Assembly (NCBI GenBank): GCA_013265495.1
Contig: MU058636.1
Coordinates: 7,766,295-7,830,294 of the forward strand
DNA from: Vicugna vicugna
Lineage: Eukaryota
Direction: 5' to 3'
DNA: 64,000 bases
The notes under the pieces are model-generated. The model searched no databases. It was not told where the DNA came from and saw nothing but the letters and a program-made list of their open reading frames with translations. Numbering within the stretch: position 1 is the first letter of the stretch; each line of letters opens with the position of its first letter. The translations under genes and the position numbers were made by a program. Below are positions 1-12,519 of the stretch, in pieces.

Positions 1-2085
1 TCTGCTTCCTCTTTCTTTTACTTGCTTTGTCCTCACTCTCCTTCCTTTCTTTTCAGCCTTAACATGGAGGCAGCCGGCTGGGTAACTGCCTACAGGAAAC
101 ATAAGATGAGGGGCAGAGCTGCTGGGGTGGAAACATGCAGGGACAAGCTGGGAGCTGGGGCTGGACCAGAGCTGAGTCTAGGAGCCAAGCGCAAGTGGCA
201 CAAAGAGGAGGGCTGACACAGATGCCAGAGCATTGAATGGTTTAGATGAATCCCTTTGCAGGGGCCATTACCTGCTTCTCAAGATGTCATAGGGCAGAGG
301 GTACAGAGAGGGTACAGAGAGAGGGGCTGGGTGAAACAGGGGGTGTGCTGAGGTCGGCCGTCCAGGAAGCAGCCTAGAGCTGGGCTTGGTTCTCACTGGG
401 TTCCCTCCAGCCCTGGTGTGCACAGTTCTCAGGGGGCAAGCCTGGCCAAAGTCAAGTAGAGGAGAAGGATTAGTGTCCACTGCCTGTGTGTCGTGTTGTC
501 CTGGGACATTCCACTCTGTTAACCTGTTGAAACTCCCCTGTTAACTGTGAGCATATAGACAGATTTCCCCCGTTTAACGCTTTCTCTCCTTCGAAATTCA
601 TCATTTCTTAGCAACTTACATATATGTTTTGAAGGGAAGGACTAAAGCAAGGCTGCAGCCTGTAGGCTCAGGCCACCTCCAATTAACTGAGAACACTCCC
701 TAGATGTTATACCAGAGGTGCGGATTTGAAATAGCTCAGAAAGCTGACCTCTGTTTCCAGAGCTTGGCGCGGACCTCGAGGCGGTGTATGACAGCCAACA
801 GGATAAAACAGTTCCAGATCCTTTCCCTGTGGCTCTTGGTGCTCTACAAAATGATGCCCACTAATCTCAGAGAAAGTGATGAGGCAGGGACCTCTCGGGA
901 CGTTAACTAGAGACGATTTAAGCTGCTGCCGAGGAGTTGAGATGTCAGCGCCCCTCAGCTGCGTGTCTTCAGATGACTGCACAATTTCCTCTCCATTCAT
1001 CTGCTCTGTTCCCCGAGGAGTCCCGAGTCATCTGCGTAGGCTGCAAGTCCAGAAAGACTTCATGGGGTCAGTTTGCCTTGTCCTGACTTAACAAGCACTT
1101 GGTCTGAGTTTAAAAACACTCTTTGATATCAACAGAGAGGGAGAGACATGGCACATCACAGCTTAGCTCTGCAATCTCTCAGTTCTTCCCTCAGAAACCT
1201 TGCAAGTGAATTCGTGCTGTTCCTTACGCTCCCCCAAGGAACACGATGAGCTGTTCTTTGGGGCCAGATTTTCAACCTACGATTCTCTGAGAATAGTTCC
1301 CATATTGTGGAAGAGATGAGTATCTGGTCCAATGAGTCAAGAGGGATAAAAGCACAATCTATTTGAAAAAAAGACATGGTTTGGTGGCTAAAGAATGCAA
1401 ATCCAGCTTTCATCCTGTATATGACATTTAACTCAGTGCCTCAGGCATGCCATTTTATCTCATGTTACAGAAGCCTTAGGAAACGTTACAGCTGCCTAGG
1501 TGCTGGGTTGATCCCAAGATTTATGCCTTCAATATGCTTTAGCCTGTAATTCAAAGTACGGAACAACATAGCCACAAAATGCTGATCTAAGTCTTTGGCT
1601 TCTCAGTTGAATTTAGGAAACCTGGGACTTTCTACATTTTGTTTCTGTGTTATCCTTAAAAACCACATGCTACTCCTTTGCATCTCATTCCAATCACACA
1701 AAGAACTCTCACAACATTGGCCTTGACTCTTCTGTGTCTTTCATCCCAGGAAAACAAAGCTTTGTATCTCTTCTGTTCCTGTCTCCTCCTTCTTATTTTA
1801 TTTCAATATCTGTTTTCCCACCAGTCTTTACATCCGGAAAATTCTCCCACTTTCTTCCCAATAATAACTCTTCTTATCTCTAGTCTTCTTATCTTATTCC
1901 ACTTTTCAAATTTCCTTCACACATTTAAAATCATTTTTTAAAATTTCATTTATAGACTTGGACATTTTTTTCCCCACCAATCATGAAAAAAAAAATCTCC
2001 CTTAGCTTTTAGTACCTAGCACAGTGCCCACCATATGCTACATGGTTCACAAGTACTTTCTCAATAGATGAATGAATACCTGTCC

Positions 2086-2119
2086 CTTCACAAAAAGCCC
2101 TTGATTATATGTGAAATGT
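2086..2119 (+). repeat. 34-bp exact dispersed direct repeat, copy 1
   Basis: CTTCACAAAAAGCCCTTGATTATATGTGAAATGT, identical at 6316-6349. Confidence 0.95.
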
Positions 2120-2582
2120 GAATGATGGCCACTTGGGATAACAATGGTATCTCATCAAAGTTGCACTGGACCCTACTTTCCAAGAAGCACACTGTTGCCT
2201 CTGCCTGGAATGCCGTCACCTCCACCCAGGGGCTCCCCCAGTTCCTTACCCTGACCACTTCCTAGGGTCTTTTAGGACTTGGTGTAGGGGGACTTGGTTT
2301 AAGATGACTCTCCTTCGTGCTTCCAGAGCATAATCTGCATATCTCTATTTAGCTCTTATTTCGTGAGACTGGCATTTCCTCCTGTCTCTTTCCCCTCATC
2401 CCTGTAGACGGAGTTATCCTCACTGGCTCCCTGGTGCCTTGCCGGGGTCCTGAAACACTGAAAGCAAATATTGCCTGTTTGTGGAATGAATCAATGACAC
2501 CCATTTGGACTTTTGAGAAATGTGAGTGAGTAAGAAGGGAGGTTGGAAGGCTTTTAGAAGAGAGACAGCGACTAAGACATGC

Positions 2583-3055
2583 GTTTTTTTTTTCCATTGA
2601 AGTATAGTTGATTTACAATGTTGTGTTACTTTCAGGTGTACATCAAAGTGATTCAGTTATATATACATATATACATGCACACACATATATTCTTTTTCAG
2701 ATTCTTTTCCATTATAGATTATTACAAGATACTGAATATAGTTTCCTGTGCTATACAGTAGGACTTGTTGTTTATCTATTTCATATATAGCAGTGTGTAT
2801 CTGTTAATCCCAAACTCCTAATTTATCCCCATGGCCTTTCCCCTTTGGTAACATAGGTTTGTTTCCTATGTCTGTGTGACTATTTGTGGTTTGTAAGTAA
2901 GTTCATTTGTATCATTTTTTAAAAAAGATTCTACATATAAGTGATATCATATGATATTTGTCTTTCTCTGACTTACTTCACTTAATATGATAATCTCTAG
3001 GTCTGTCCATGTTGCTGCAAATGGCATTATGTCATTCTTTTTTTATGGCTGAGTA
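2583..3055 (-). mobile_element. LINE-1 3' end (3'UTR and poly-A), non-inverted arm of a 5'-inverted L1
   Basis: Poly-T at ~2584-2593 followed by ATTGAAGTATAGTTGATTTACAATGTTGTG, the reverse complement of the L1 3' terminus. The same 3'UTR is seen in + orientation at 13135-13652. Confidence 0.9.
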
Positions 3056-5002
3056 ATAAATCAATATGACACAGCACATTAACAAATTGAAGAATAAAAA
3101 CCATATGATCATCTCAATAGATGCAGAAAAAGATCTTGATAAAATTCAACATCCATTTATGATGAAAACTCTCCACAAAGTGGGCAAAGAGGGAACATAC
3201 CTCAACATAATAAAGGCCATATATGACAAACCCACAGCTAACGTCATACTTAATGGTGAAAAGCTGAAAGCATTTCCTCTAAGATCAGGAATAAGACAAG
3301 GCACTTTCATTCATCATAGTTTTGGAAGTCCTAGCCATAACAATCAGAGAAGAAAAAGAAATAAAAGGAATCCAAACTGAAAAAGAAGAAGTAAAACTGA
3401 CACTGTTTGCAGATGACATGATACTGTACATAGAAAATCCTAAAAATGCTACAGAAAACTACTAGAGCTCACTGATGAATTCAGTAAAGTTGCAGGATAC
3501 AAAATTAATATATAGAAATCTGTTGCATTTCTATATACTAACAGTAAAATATTAGAAAAAGAAGTTAAGGAAACAATCTCACTTACTATAGCATTAAGAA
3601 TAAAATACCTAGGAATAAACTTACTTAAGGAGGCAAAAGACCTATACTCTGAATACTATAAGATGATGATGAAAGAAATGGAAGACAACACAGATGGAAA
3701 GATATACCATGCTCTTGGATCGGAAGAATCAATGTTGTTAAAATGGCCATATTACCCAAGGCAGTCTACAGATTCAATGCAATCCCTATCAAATTATCAA
3801 TGGCATTTTTCACAGAACTAGAACAAAAAAAATTTTTAACTTGTATGGGAACCCAAAGGACTCTGAATAGCCAAAACAATCTTGAGAAAGAAGAATGGAG
3901 CTGGAGGAAACATGCTCCCTGACTTCAGACTATACTACAAAGCTACAGTAATCAAAACAGTATGGTAGTGGCACAAAAACATACACAAAAGTCAATGCAA
4001 CAGGATAGAAAGTCCAGAAATAAACTCATGCACTTATGGTCAATTAATCTACAACAAAGGAGGCAAGAATATACAAAGGAGAAAAGACAATCTTCTCAAT
4101 AAATAGCGTTGGGAAAACTGGACAGCTACATCTAAAAGAATGAAATTAGAACATTCACTATCACCATATACAAAAATAAACTCAAAATGAATTAAAGGCC
4201 TAAATGTAAGACTAGATACTCTAAACTCCTAGAGGAAAACATAGGCAGAACACTTTTTGACATAAATCACATCAATATTTTTTTTGATTCACCCCCTAGA
4301 GCAATGGAAATAAAAGCAAAAATAAACAAATGGGACCTAATTAAACTTAAAAGCTTTTGTACAGCAAAGGAAACAAACAAAACAAAAAGACAACCTGTGG
4401 AATGGGAGAAAATATTTGCAAATGATGTGACCGACAAGGGATTAATTTCCAAGCTATACAAACAGGTCATACAGCTTAATATATATGTATATATTTTTAA
4501 ACCCAATCAAAAGATGCAGCAGAAGACCTAAATAGACATTTCTCCAAAGAAGACATACAGATGGCCAACAGTTGCATGAAAATATACTCAATATCACTAA
4601 TTATCAGAGAAATGCAAATCAATACTACAATGAGATACCACCTCACACCAGTCAGAATGGACATCATTAAAAAGTCTACAAATAATAAATGTTAGAGAGG
4701 GTGTGGAGAAAAGGGAACCCTCCTACACTGCTGGTGGGAATGTAAATTGGTACAGCCACTAGGAGAACAGTATGGAGATTCCTTAAAAAACTAAAAATAG
4801 ACTTATCCTATGATCCAGCAATCTCATTCCTGGGCAAACATCCAGAGAAAACTCTAATTCGAAAAGATACATGCACGCCAATGTTCATAGCAGTGTTATT
4901 TACATAGCCAAGACATGGAAGCAACCTAAATGTCCATCAACAGGGGAATGGATAAAGAAGATGTGGTCTGTATATAAATGGAATACTACTCAGCCACAAA
5001 GA
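3056..5002 (+). mobile_element. LINE-1 ORF2 fragment (RT to C-terminus), decayed; inverted arm of the same insertion
   Basis: ORF-track peptides match L1 ORF2p: [95 protein letters not shown] (FADD motif) lies near 3406. Frameshifts and stops are present. Confidence 0.95.
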
Positions 5003-6315
5003 AGGACACACTTTTTAAGAATGATATTTGCAAGAAGCACACTGAAGGCCTCATGAATTTTCAAGAGATGAGGGAGGCTCTCTCTCAGATTCAGAGACTG
5101 AGGCATGAGGGTTGACAAGAGCACAACCTGTTTCTTCAGGTAACTATATTACATACCAATCGTGGTGTTTCTCCTCTACTGTGTTTTTTGTCCCTGCCAC
5201 ATATGGCAGTGTGGAATTATCTTCTCTTTTCTTGCTTCTGAGTGCTCCATGATATCTTTGGCTCCTTCGGGCAGGAAAGAACAATTTCCCAGAGTTGCAT
5301 TTATGTGTGATTCTGTGAGCCTGGTGTTTAGCCAAGACCTGCTCTCTCCCTGTCTTGTTTCCTGATGGCTTCCTTCAGGAACAGGAAGCACACCTATCGT
5401 AGGTGACATATCCTTCAGAGATAAGTTTTTATGGCAAGTAATTGTTACGATTATGCTTGCTGTGGATACCTTACAATTAAGGACCACAATCCTGTTCTCT
5501 CATCGGTAAAGTTTCAGGGTGGCTGGACTTCCATACAGACTGATTGAACTGCCTCTGACTTCTTTCTTTCACACTTCTTTCTTTCTTGTTTTTTCACTCT
5601 TCTTTCTTTCTTTATGAGTCAAAGTCCTAAGAACCCCTGGTAGCTGCTCAGGACCAAGATGCTGTCAGGTGTCTATCATGGCTTCTCAAGATACTCTCCT
5701 AATCCGTCAGGGAGAGAGGCTGTATTTGGCCACAACAGGAACTCCATCACTTTACTATTCAGAGTGTACCTTCCTTTGAATTACTGAATAATTAAAACTT
5801 TTCATTTCACCTGTATATTAATTAGCTGTCTGTTTTCAAAAGCTTTAAATGACACCAGCTCAGGCATCCTGTGTTCCCTGGCAGATCCCTGAGAGAGTGT
5901 ATGTCAAAAAAATACATTTGCTTTGGAGCCTCATTGATTTTTCTGACATTTTTTAAAAATGAAATTTTCATCTTTTCAGGGAATTTGAAATGCTAAAAGC
6001 AGATGCTCAGAGACACACTATTGCACTTAAAATTTTAAAAGGCATTTCAAAGCTCCTGAGAGGCAAATCTGGCTTTTGGAGTGGATTCTTACTTTTCATA
6101 AAACATGTATCCAGTCCCAGAACACAGTAAAAAAAATGTGTATAAAAAATACAAAGTCAAATATGAAATCATGAACATAATCAATTCCCTTTCAATCTGC
6201 ATTCTTGCTCTCTGTGTGAGACCCTGGGTTACACTCCTAGCATTGCACCACTCTCTGTGGTCTTGACTAACTCAGAATGAAAATTTCTCTGGGGCTTATC
6301 TCTACCTCCCTGAGA

Positions 6316-6349
6316 CTTCACAAAAAGCCCTTGATTATATGTGAAATGT
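6316..6349 (+). repeat. 34-bp exact dispersed direct repeat, copy 2
   Basis: Identical to 2086-2119, with unrelated flanks. Confidence 0.95.
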
Positions 6350-6489
6350 AATTACCCCTTGAGAATGTGCAGAATGTTTGAGTTTGCATTTCCTGACTTT
6401 GCTGCCATGGAGAGAATTTGTATGTGTGGACATTGATTTGGATCCATCTAGATCAGTAGTTCCCTGAGGGGCCCATGATGAAGACAGGT

Positions 6490-6541
6490 TTGTGTGTATG
6501 TGCGTGTGTGTGTCTGTGTACGTGTGTGTGTGTGTGTGTAT
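6490..6541. repeat. Imperfect (TG)n microsatellite
   Basis: Visible TG run. Confidence 0.9.
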
Positions 6542-6689
6542 GCAGGGGAGCAGTACTAGTATTATTTCAAGACTTCAAAAAGCTTGATGGAATCAGTTTG
6601 TTTGTATGAAATAAGATAATACAGTCTAACTAAACAATATCTTTGTTGACTGTGGGCTAGAATTATAGGAAACAAAATTCTATTTCATT

Positions 6690-6855
6690 ATAGAGTGTAG
6701 AAAGGGTGGATACAATTTAAAGCCAGAAAGATTTCTGTTCAACTTGCAGCTCTGACGTTTTCCCACTGTGTGAGTTTATTCAAGTTATTAACCTCTCTGA
6801 TTCCAGGTTTCACCGGTGGAAAAGTGAGAATAACACCTATCAGACTGGAGTGTAT
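6690..6855 (+). mobile_element. MIR SINE fragment
   Basis: CAAGTTATTAACCTCTCTGATTCCAGGTTT resembles the MIR core; boundaries approximate. Confidence 0.55.
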
Positions 6856-6877
6856 GAGTGCATGAGAGTTCTAGTTG

Positions 6878-7122
6878 GTCCACATGTCACCAACACTTGC
6901 TATCACTTTAGCCTGTCTAGTGGGTATGAGAGGTATCTCGTGGTGGTTTAAGTTTGCATTTCCCCAATAGCCGATAATGTTGAAAATGTTTTTGTGCTTA
7001 TTGGCCATTTATGTATCTTCTTTCATCTGTTCAAATCTTTTGCACATTTAAGAAATCAGGTTGCTTGTCTCCTTATTACTGAGTTGTAAGAGTTCTTTAT
7101 ATATTCTGCATACAAGTCCTTA
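6878..7122 (-). mobile_element. Old LINE-1 (L1M) ORF2-end fragment
   Basis: GGTATCTCGTGGTGGTTTAAGTTTGCATTTCCC and TTCTTTATATATTCTGCATACAAGTCC are typical antisense L1 motifs. Confidence 0.8.
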
Positions 7123-7198
7123 CAAACACCAACATATCGTTTCTCTTCATGAGACCAGCTTTGGGGCCCCAAGGCCATTTGTCTATCAGGTCATCATA

Positions 7199-7562
7199 TA
7201 GTGGGTTAGTCTGCTGAGACCGTCATAACAAATGCCACAGACTAGATGGCCTGAACACCACAAACTGATTTTCCCGTAGCTCTGGAGTCTGAAAGTGTGA
7301 GATGTGGGTGCCAGCACAGCCACGTCCTGATGAGAACCCTCTTCCTGGCTTGCAAAGGACAGACTTCTTGCTATGTCCTCACATGGTGGAGAGAGTGATT
7401 TCTCTCTCTTCTAAGGCCACTAATCTCATCATGAGGGCCCTACCCCCATGATCTCATCTAATCCTAATTATCTCCAAAGACCCCATCTCTAAATATCCTC
7501 ACATTTTCAGTTAGGGCTTCAACATACAAATTTCCGGGGGATATAATCATTTAGTCACAACA
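7199..7562 (-). mobile_element. MaLR LTR (MLT1A-like)
   Basis: Motifs CCACAGACTAGATGGC, TGAGAACCCTCTTCCTGGCTTGC, TAATCTCATCATGAGGG, TTAGGGCTTCAACATA; homologous to 15625-16006 in the opposite orientation. Confidence 0.85.
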
Positions 7563-8524
7563 CCCCAAGCCAAAAGCTCTGAGAAAAATAGTATTTCCTA
7601 AAATCATGGGGATTGCAAATGTTTGCCAATACTCCATGTGAAGGAACGACAGAGAAACAAGCCTTCTGTCACCAGAGTGGATTTTTTTCCTCCAGCTTTT
7701 ACCAAACTTCCTAAAGAAATCTGCCAAAGAAAGTGCTGGGACTTTGGGGGATTAGTCACAGACTGTTTCACTTTTAGTTTTCTTAACTGCGGTCAATATC
7801 CTATGTGTTGACTGCTTGAGTATGTGTTAGATATTTGAGCTGCAAATTGGCAATGCATTCTGGCATTGGAATTAAGGTTCTTCAGCAGGGTATGAGCACA
7901 AAAATCGCTCCTGTTCTTAGAAAGCCTGCTTCCCCAGGAGAACTGTACTTTATGAAGCCTTATTCCCTACCTTGTAAGATCCAAGCATCATCAAGAATGG
8001 AAAGAGGGAGGCTTTGAGATTCGCCATGTGACAGTAGTTCCCCTCTGTGTCGCCCATCTCACAATTATGGCTGAACTGTACTCTGGGGGGGCAGTCACTG
8101 GCAGAACCTCATGATCAGATTTAGTTAAAGTGAACAGAGACTTCTAGTTAATCTCACCCGTGGCTTTGGAGAGGCGATGTCTATTTCTACAGTTGGGGCA
8201 GTCCAGTTAGGGTGTAAGTCCACCCAACAGGGCTGCTGTCTTGATGATGTGGCCACCTTGTGATAAATACCAGGGGCAGCTCTGTGGATGGCACGGAGGC
8301 AGAGGCTGCTGGGGGTGGAGGATAAAAAGCAAAAGTTAACTGGCCAGGTTGTCTACTCAGAGAACCGGAAGGAAGAATGGAAATTAAGCGACTGGAAATA
8401 AGGAGTTTCAAACCTGATTTCTGGACTTGCATTAGAGGGCTAGGGAATACAACTCTCATTCCAAAAAAGGCAACTTTTTCTCTGAGAATAGTTTGCGAAT
8501 GAAACTCCCCCAATGCAAGGACAA

Positions 8525-8960
8525 GAGGGCTTTTAGTTGTAAACACAGAGACTGACTCTGGAAAGGAATTTATCAAAGGGACACTGCGGGCTCACAGAAT
8601 CATTGAGAACCAGCTTGAGGCTCTGCAGCCATGAACAAGACCCGAAGCCACACTGGGGAGGAGGCTAAGTGAGAACCCTGCCCTGTAGCTGCCAGGCCCT
8701 GGACGGGGCAGCATGTGCCCTGCTGTCAGTGGCCCTGGACTCCAGACATCTACTACCACTGTCACCTGAAGATTCCCAGGGTTCTTTCTCCTTTGTCTTA
8801 ATGGCTCTCAAGTCAAAAGCTAGGAGGGTGGGGATGATTGGCAACTAGGTCACCTGACCATACCTAGCTGCAAGGGAGGCTGGGAAAGTGAGTGTCTGGC
8901 ATTTTCAGCTTCCAAGTGGGAGCGCTGATTCTGTCTAAAATTCATATGGGGTTGGGGCTG
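8525..8960 (-). mobile_element. Old MaLR LTR (MLT1J/K-like)
   Basis: CCTAGCTGCAAGGGAGGCTGGGAAAGTGAGTGTCTGGCATTTTCAGCTTC, a characteristic old-MLT1 motif. Confidence 0.6.
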
Positions 8961-9164
8961 GAGGATGGTTCACCAAATATAGGAGAAAATTTCAGAAACT
9001 GGGCAACTCCCTTAAGAAAAAAGTCACATTAGTTCTAGTTTCTGATGAAGGAAGAGAGTGTAAGTAGTGGTGTCTAAGTGTAAGCTAGCTGACGACTGGG
9101 AGGACGGAGTAGCGTGGAGAAAGTTCTCTGCCCCAGAAGAGGAGCTGGGAAGGACAGACTTTGG

Positions 9165-9326
9165 TGATTCTCAACGTTGGCTTCAATTAGGATCACCTGG
9201 GGAGCTTTAGAACTGCTACTGCCAGGGCTCCATTCTAGACCAGTTAAGTCAAAATTCCTAGAAGTGAATTATGTGTTGAAATCTCCCTAGTGATTCTAAT
9301 GTGTGACTAGGGTTGAAAAACCACTG
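9165..9326. mobile_element. hAT-Charlie MITE (MER5-like)
   Basis: ATCACCTGGGGAGCTTT...GTGATTCTAATGTG...GTTGAAAAACCACTG. Confidence 0.7.
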
Positions 9327-10924
9327 GATTACACTGAAGGTCCCTGGAAAAGAGAAACAGGTGGGCTCTGGAGATGGTGGTGGGCAGGTGCTGAGTTCAG
9401 TATTTTTCTGCTCAGGGCTGCTGAGTAACAGCTGGAATCATCTGGTACCTCTTGGCCATCTTTAAAGGCCTAATATAAGGCAGACATGGGAAGCTTTTTC
9501 AAATCTGAAAAACACTGCTGCATGACAAATAAAAGCTCTCTTCTCCAGAGAGGCGGGTAGGTGTGTAGGTTCAGTCCCAGCTCTGGGGGTGGGGGCTGTG
9601 AGCTTGGAAACCAGAGCTGAGACCACCAGCCAAACTCTCCCATATTTGCCTTGGAATAATTCATTCTTCTATTCGCATGAGCTGTGTCGGTGGGAAGTGA
9701 GCAAAGCCCGAGTTTGGGCTTTAGAAGAGATGCCACAGTGTGCTCATCTGGGCAAAATGCTCCAAGGAACCCAGGTAGCCTGTTCAGGAAACTCAGGGGG
9801 AGGGGGAGTGGCCTCTAGACAGGATGCCTTTGTGAATCACACAGCCTCCCTGGCCCCGTGTAGCCTTTGGCTTGGCCAGCAAAGATTTGTAATGACGGAT
9901 GCCTCCGGGCTTATTTAAGAAAACTACCTGGGAAAGAGGGAGGCCTGAAATCACAGTGAACGTCCACAGTACTAAATTTGCTCCCTAATTTCAGGCCAGC
10001 CGGAAGCTGAAGGAAAATCATTTAGCAAAGAATGTGTATCAAGGAGCCAAGCATTTAATGAAAAGGCCAGTGGCAGCAAGTATCAGTATCTGCCTTCCAA
10101 AGCAAACCTCTCAAAGGAGATGTCTGGAGCGAGATGGGAGAGGCACTGAGCACAGCAGCCGGAACGTGACCAGCACCGCATCCCCCACCCAGCTGGGGCC
10201 CAGCCCCTCATCAGTCTCCGTTTGCTGGTTAGGAACGTGATGGATGAAGCTACTGCCCGCAAAGATGCTGTCTCTGCCCTTTGTGCTGCCCCATTAAGGT
10301 GGTTTGGCTGTAACCTTGGAGGGTAGATTCTAAAGGGCACCAGGCTGATGGATGCTTCCAATTCAACCACCTGACAGCCACCGCCAGTGAAACCACCCAA
10401 CTGCTTGCATGTCAGTGTCTGCTTCCATCCTCTTTTGAAATGTAACAAAATGAGACGGGAATCAATCATGACAACAGGAGCCTTCAGAGTGTTTTAAGTT
10501 TTTGGAGCAAATTATTGGCTGTAAGAGCAGTTTGGAAAAAAAGATCATTAAGAGGATTAATAGAAATGCATGGTAATGATTAGGCTGTAGTGGGACAGAG
10601 CACTGAGAATTGCTAGTCCTTTTAAACACCTCTTACTTGACACTTGAAATTATTCAATTGTCAATTGGAGTAGGAGAAATAGATCTTAGGAAGACGAATG
10701 ACTTTCTTTGATATTTATGATGGCAAGGTTTGTGTTTGGCACATACTTTAACAAGTATTTATTGAGTGTCTACTATGCTATTGGTTCAGGATGAACACTT
10801 CAAAGTCTTTCTTGCAAAACTTATATCTTAATAGGAGAGAGAAAACAGGAGAGGGCAGATGGTATGGAAGCTGGAAGGAAATGGCATTCTGGGTGGTGTG
10901 TGTGTGTGTGTTGTGTAAATCATG

Positions 10925-11105
10925 TTGGACGTATGTGCCCTTGGAATGCTGTAATCCAAATGGCACTTTGCAGCTGTGGTCTTTTTCCCCAAACCCCATA
11001 ACCCTTGTCCAATCATGAGAAAACACCAGACAAATCCAAACTGAAGGATATTCTGCAAAACACCTGACCGGTACTCCTCAAAACTCTCAAGGTCATCCAA
11101 ACCAC
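10925..11105 (+). mobile_element. Old L1 (L1MC-like) 3'UTR fragment
   Basis: AATCATGAGAAAACACCAGACAAATCCAAACTGAAGGATATTCTGCAAAA. Confidence 0.7.
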
Positions 11106-11254
11106 GGAAAAAAAATCATTTAGGATGTTGTCACTCAAAGTGTGGTCCCCAGACCAGCTCCCTGGGGGGCTGAAGCTGCTTTTTTCATGTTAATTAATCA
11201 GTCAGCAAAGCTGTTCATTCCAACTGAGCACAGCGCCAGTGTTGGTGCTGTCCC

Positions 11255-11436
11255 ATGTTCTTAAATGCTAGTGTGCATCAGAGTCACCTGACGGCTTGTT
11301 AAACCACTGCTGGGCTCCACCCCTATAGTACCTGATTCAGTGGACTGAGATGGGGGTCTAAGAATCTGCATTTCTCTCCAGGTCCCAGGGAGGCTGGTGT
11401 CACTGCGCTGGGGACCACACTTGGAGAATCACCAGT
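11255..11436. mobile_element. hAT-Charlie MITE (MER5A-like)
   Basis: GCATCAGAGTCACCTG...CTGATTCAGT...AGAATCTGCATTTCT...GGACCACACTTGGAGAATCAC. Confidence 0.8.
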
Positions 11437-11999
11437 GTAGTGGTTACATTTCTGCACTGTCCAGATGCCCTGTGGGACTGAAGGACTTATTCCTCCAGCT
11501 TATGGGGATGCGGCTGGCTACAGCTATTGTCTTTCAGCTGTCAGCCCCTCTGGGGATGCCCACAGCTGATGGAATAACTGATGGGTTGACTATGGCCCTT
11601 GTCATGACTGCACTGCAGCTCAGCTTTTCCCTCAGCTTATATTCTGGTGACACAGGAGCTCCCTGATGACTGCCATCAGGAAAGCACAAAAGCTGAGCTT
11701 GGCTCCTGGATAGGTTTGCTTGACAGGAGGGAGCAAGACAAAAATCAAGCACAGCTGCAGGAATCTTACCCAGGGGTGACCTTGACACATAGTGGTGAGG
11801 GGAAATCCTCCCATTGGCAGAGTCCATTGACAAGAGCAAGTCACACAGCCAAGCCCCAGTTCAGTGGGGCAGGGCTGTGGACTGCTTCCATGGGAGGCCC
11901 TCAAAGTTACCCAGCAAAGGAGGCAGGAGCATGATTTTATTACAGGAGAGTAGTGAAGAGTTGAGAACAATCATTCAATCTGTCAGAGGTTGGGTGGAC

Positions 12000-12420
12000 A
12001 GTACAGATACATGAACATTTTTAGAAAGGGTGGAAAGGGTGATGATGTAGCTTTGAGGGGGTATTACGGGGATACAGAGAAAGGGCATTTACCCCAGTCT
12101 GGAGTGTGTAGCAGGATAAGGAAATAGTCTGGTAGGAAGTCATGCCTGAAATTAAAGACTAGGATGACTCCAGGCAAATCTAGTCTAGGTGGAGGATGAA
12201 GATCTGGGGGGTGTCAGAGATAAGGTTAGAAAAACAGGGCGATCACTAAGTCACACTGTATCTTGAAGACTTCAAAAAGGAATCCGAAGTTTATTCTGAG
12301 ACATTGGGAGAGCTATTGTGGGGTGTTAAGCAAGGTTCATGATCAGATATAGGTATAAAAATTATTATTCCAGCGGCAAGGTGGGGGGTGGTTTGGAGAG
12401 CAAAGACCGGCCAGAAAACA
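12000..12420. mobile_element. Probable L2 LINE fragment
   Basis: Purine-rich tract with TTGGGAGAGCTATTGTGGGGTGTTAAGCAAGG, resembling degenerate L2; boundaries approximate. Confidence 0.45.
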
Positions 12421-12519
12421 TAAAAATGAACTTGCAAGTTCTGGCAATGGTCCCGGCAAGAGACGGTGGGAACAGTCGACCATCACCCTTAAGAACTGAG
12501 GCTTCCTGAGACCAAAAGA

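Noticed and set aside
5980..6130. Plus-strand exon after TTTTCATCTTTTCAG
   Set aside because: No convincing donor and no recognisable peptide.
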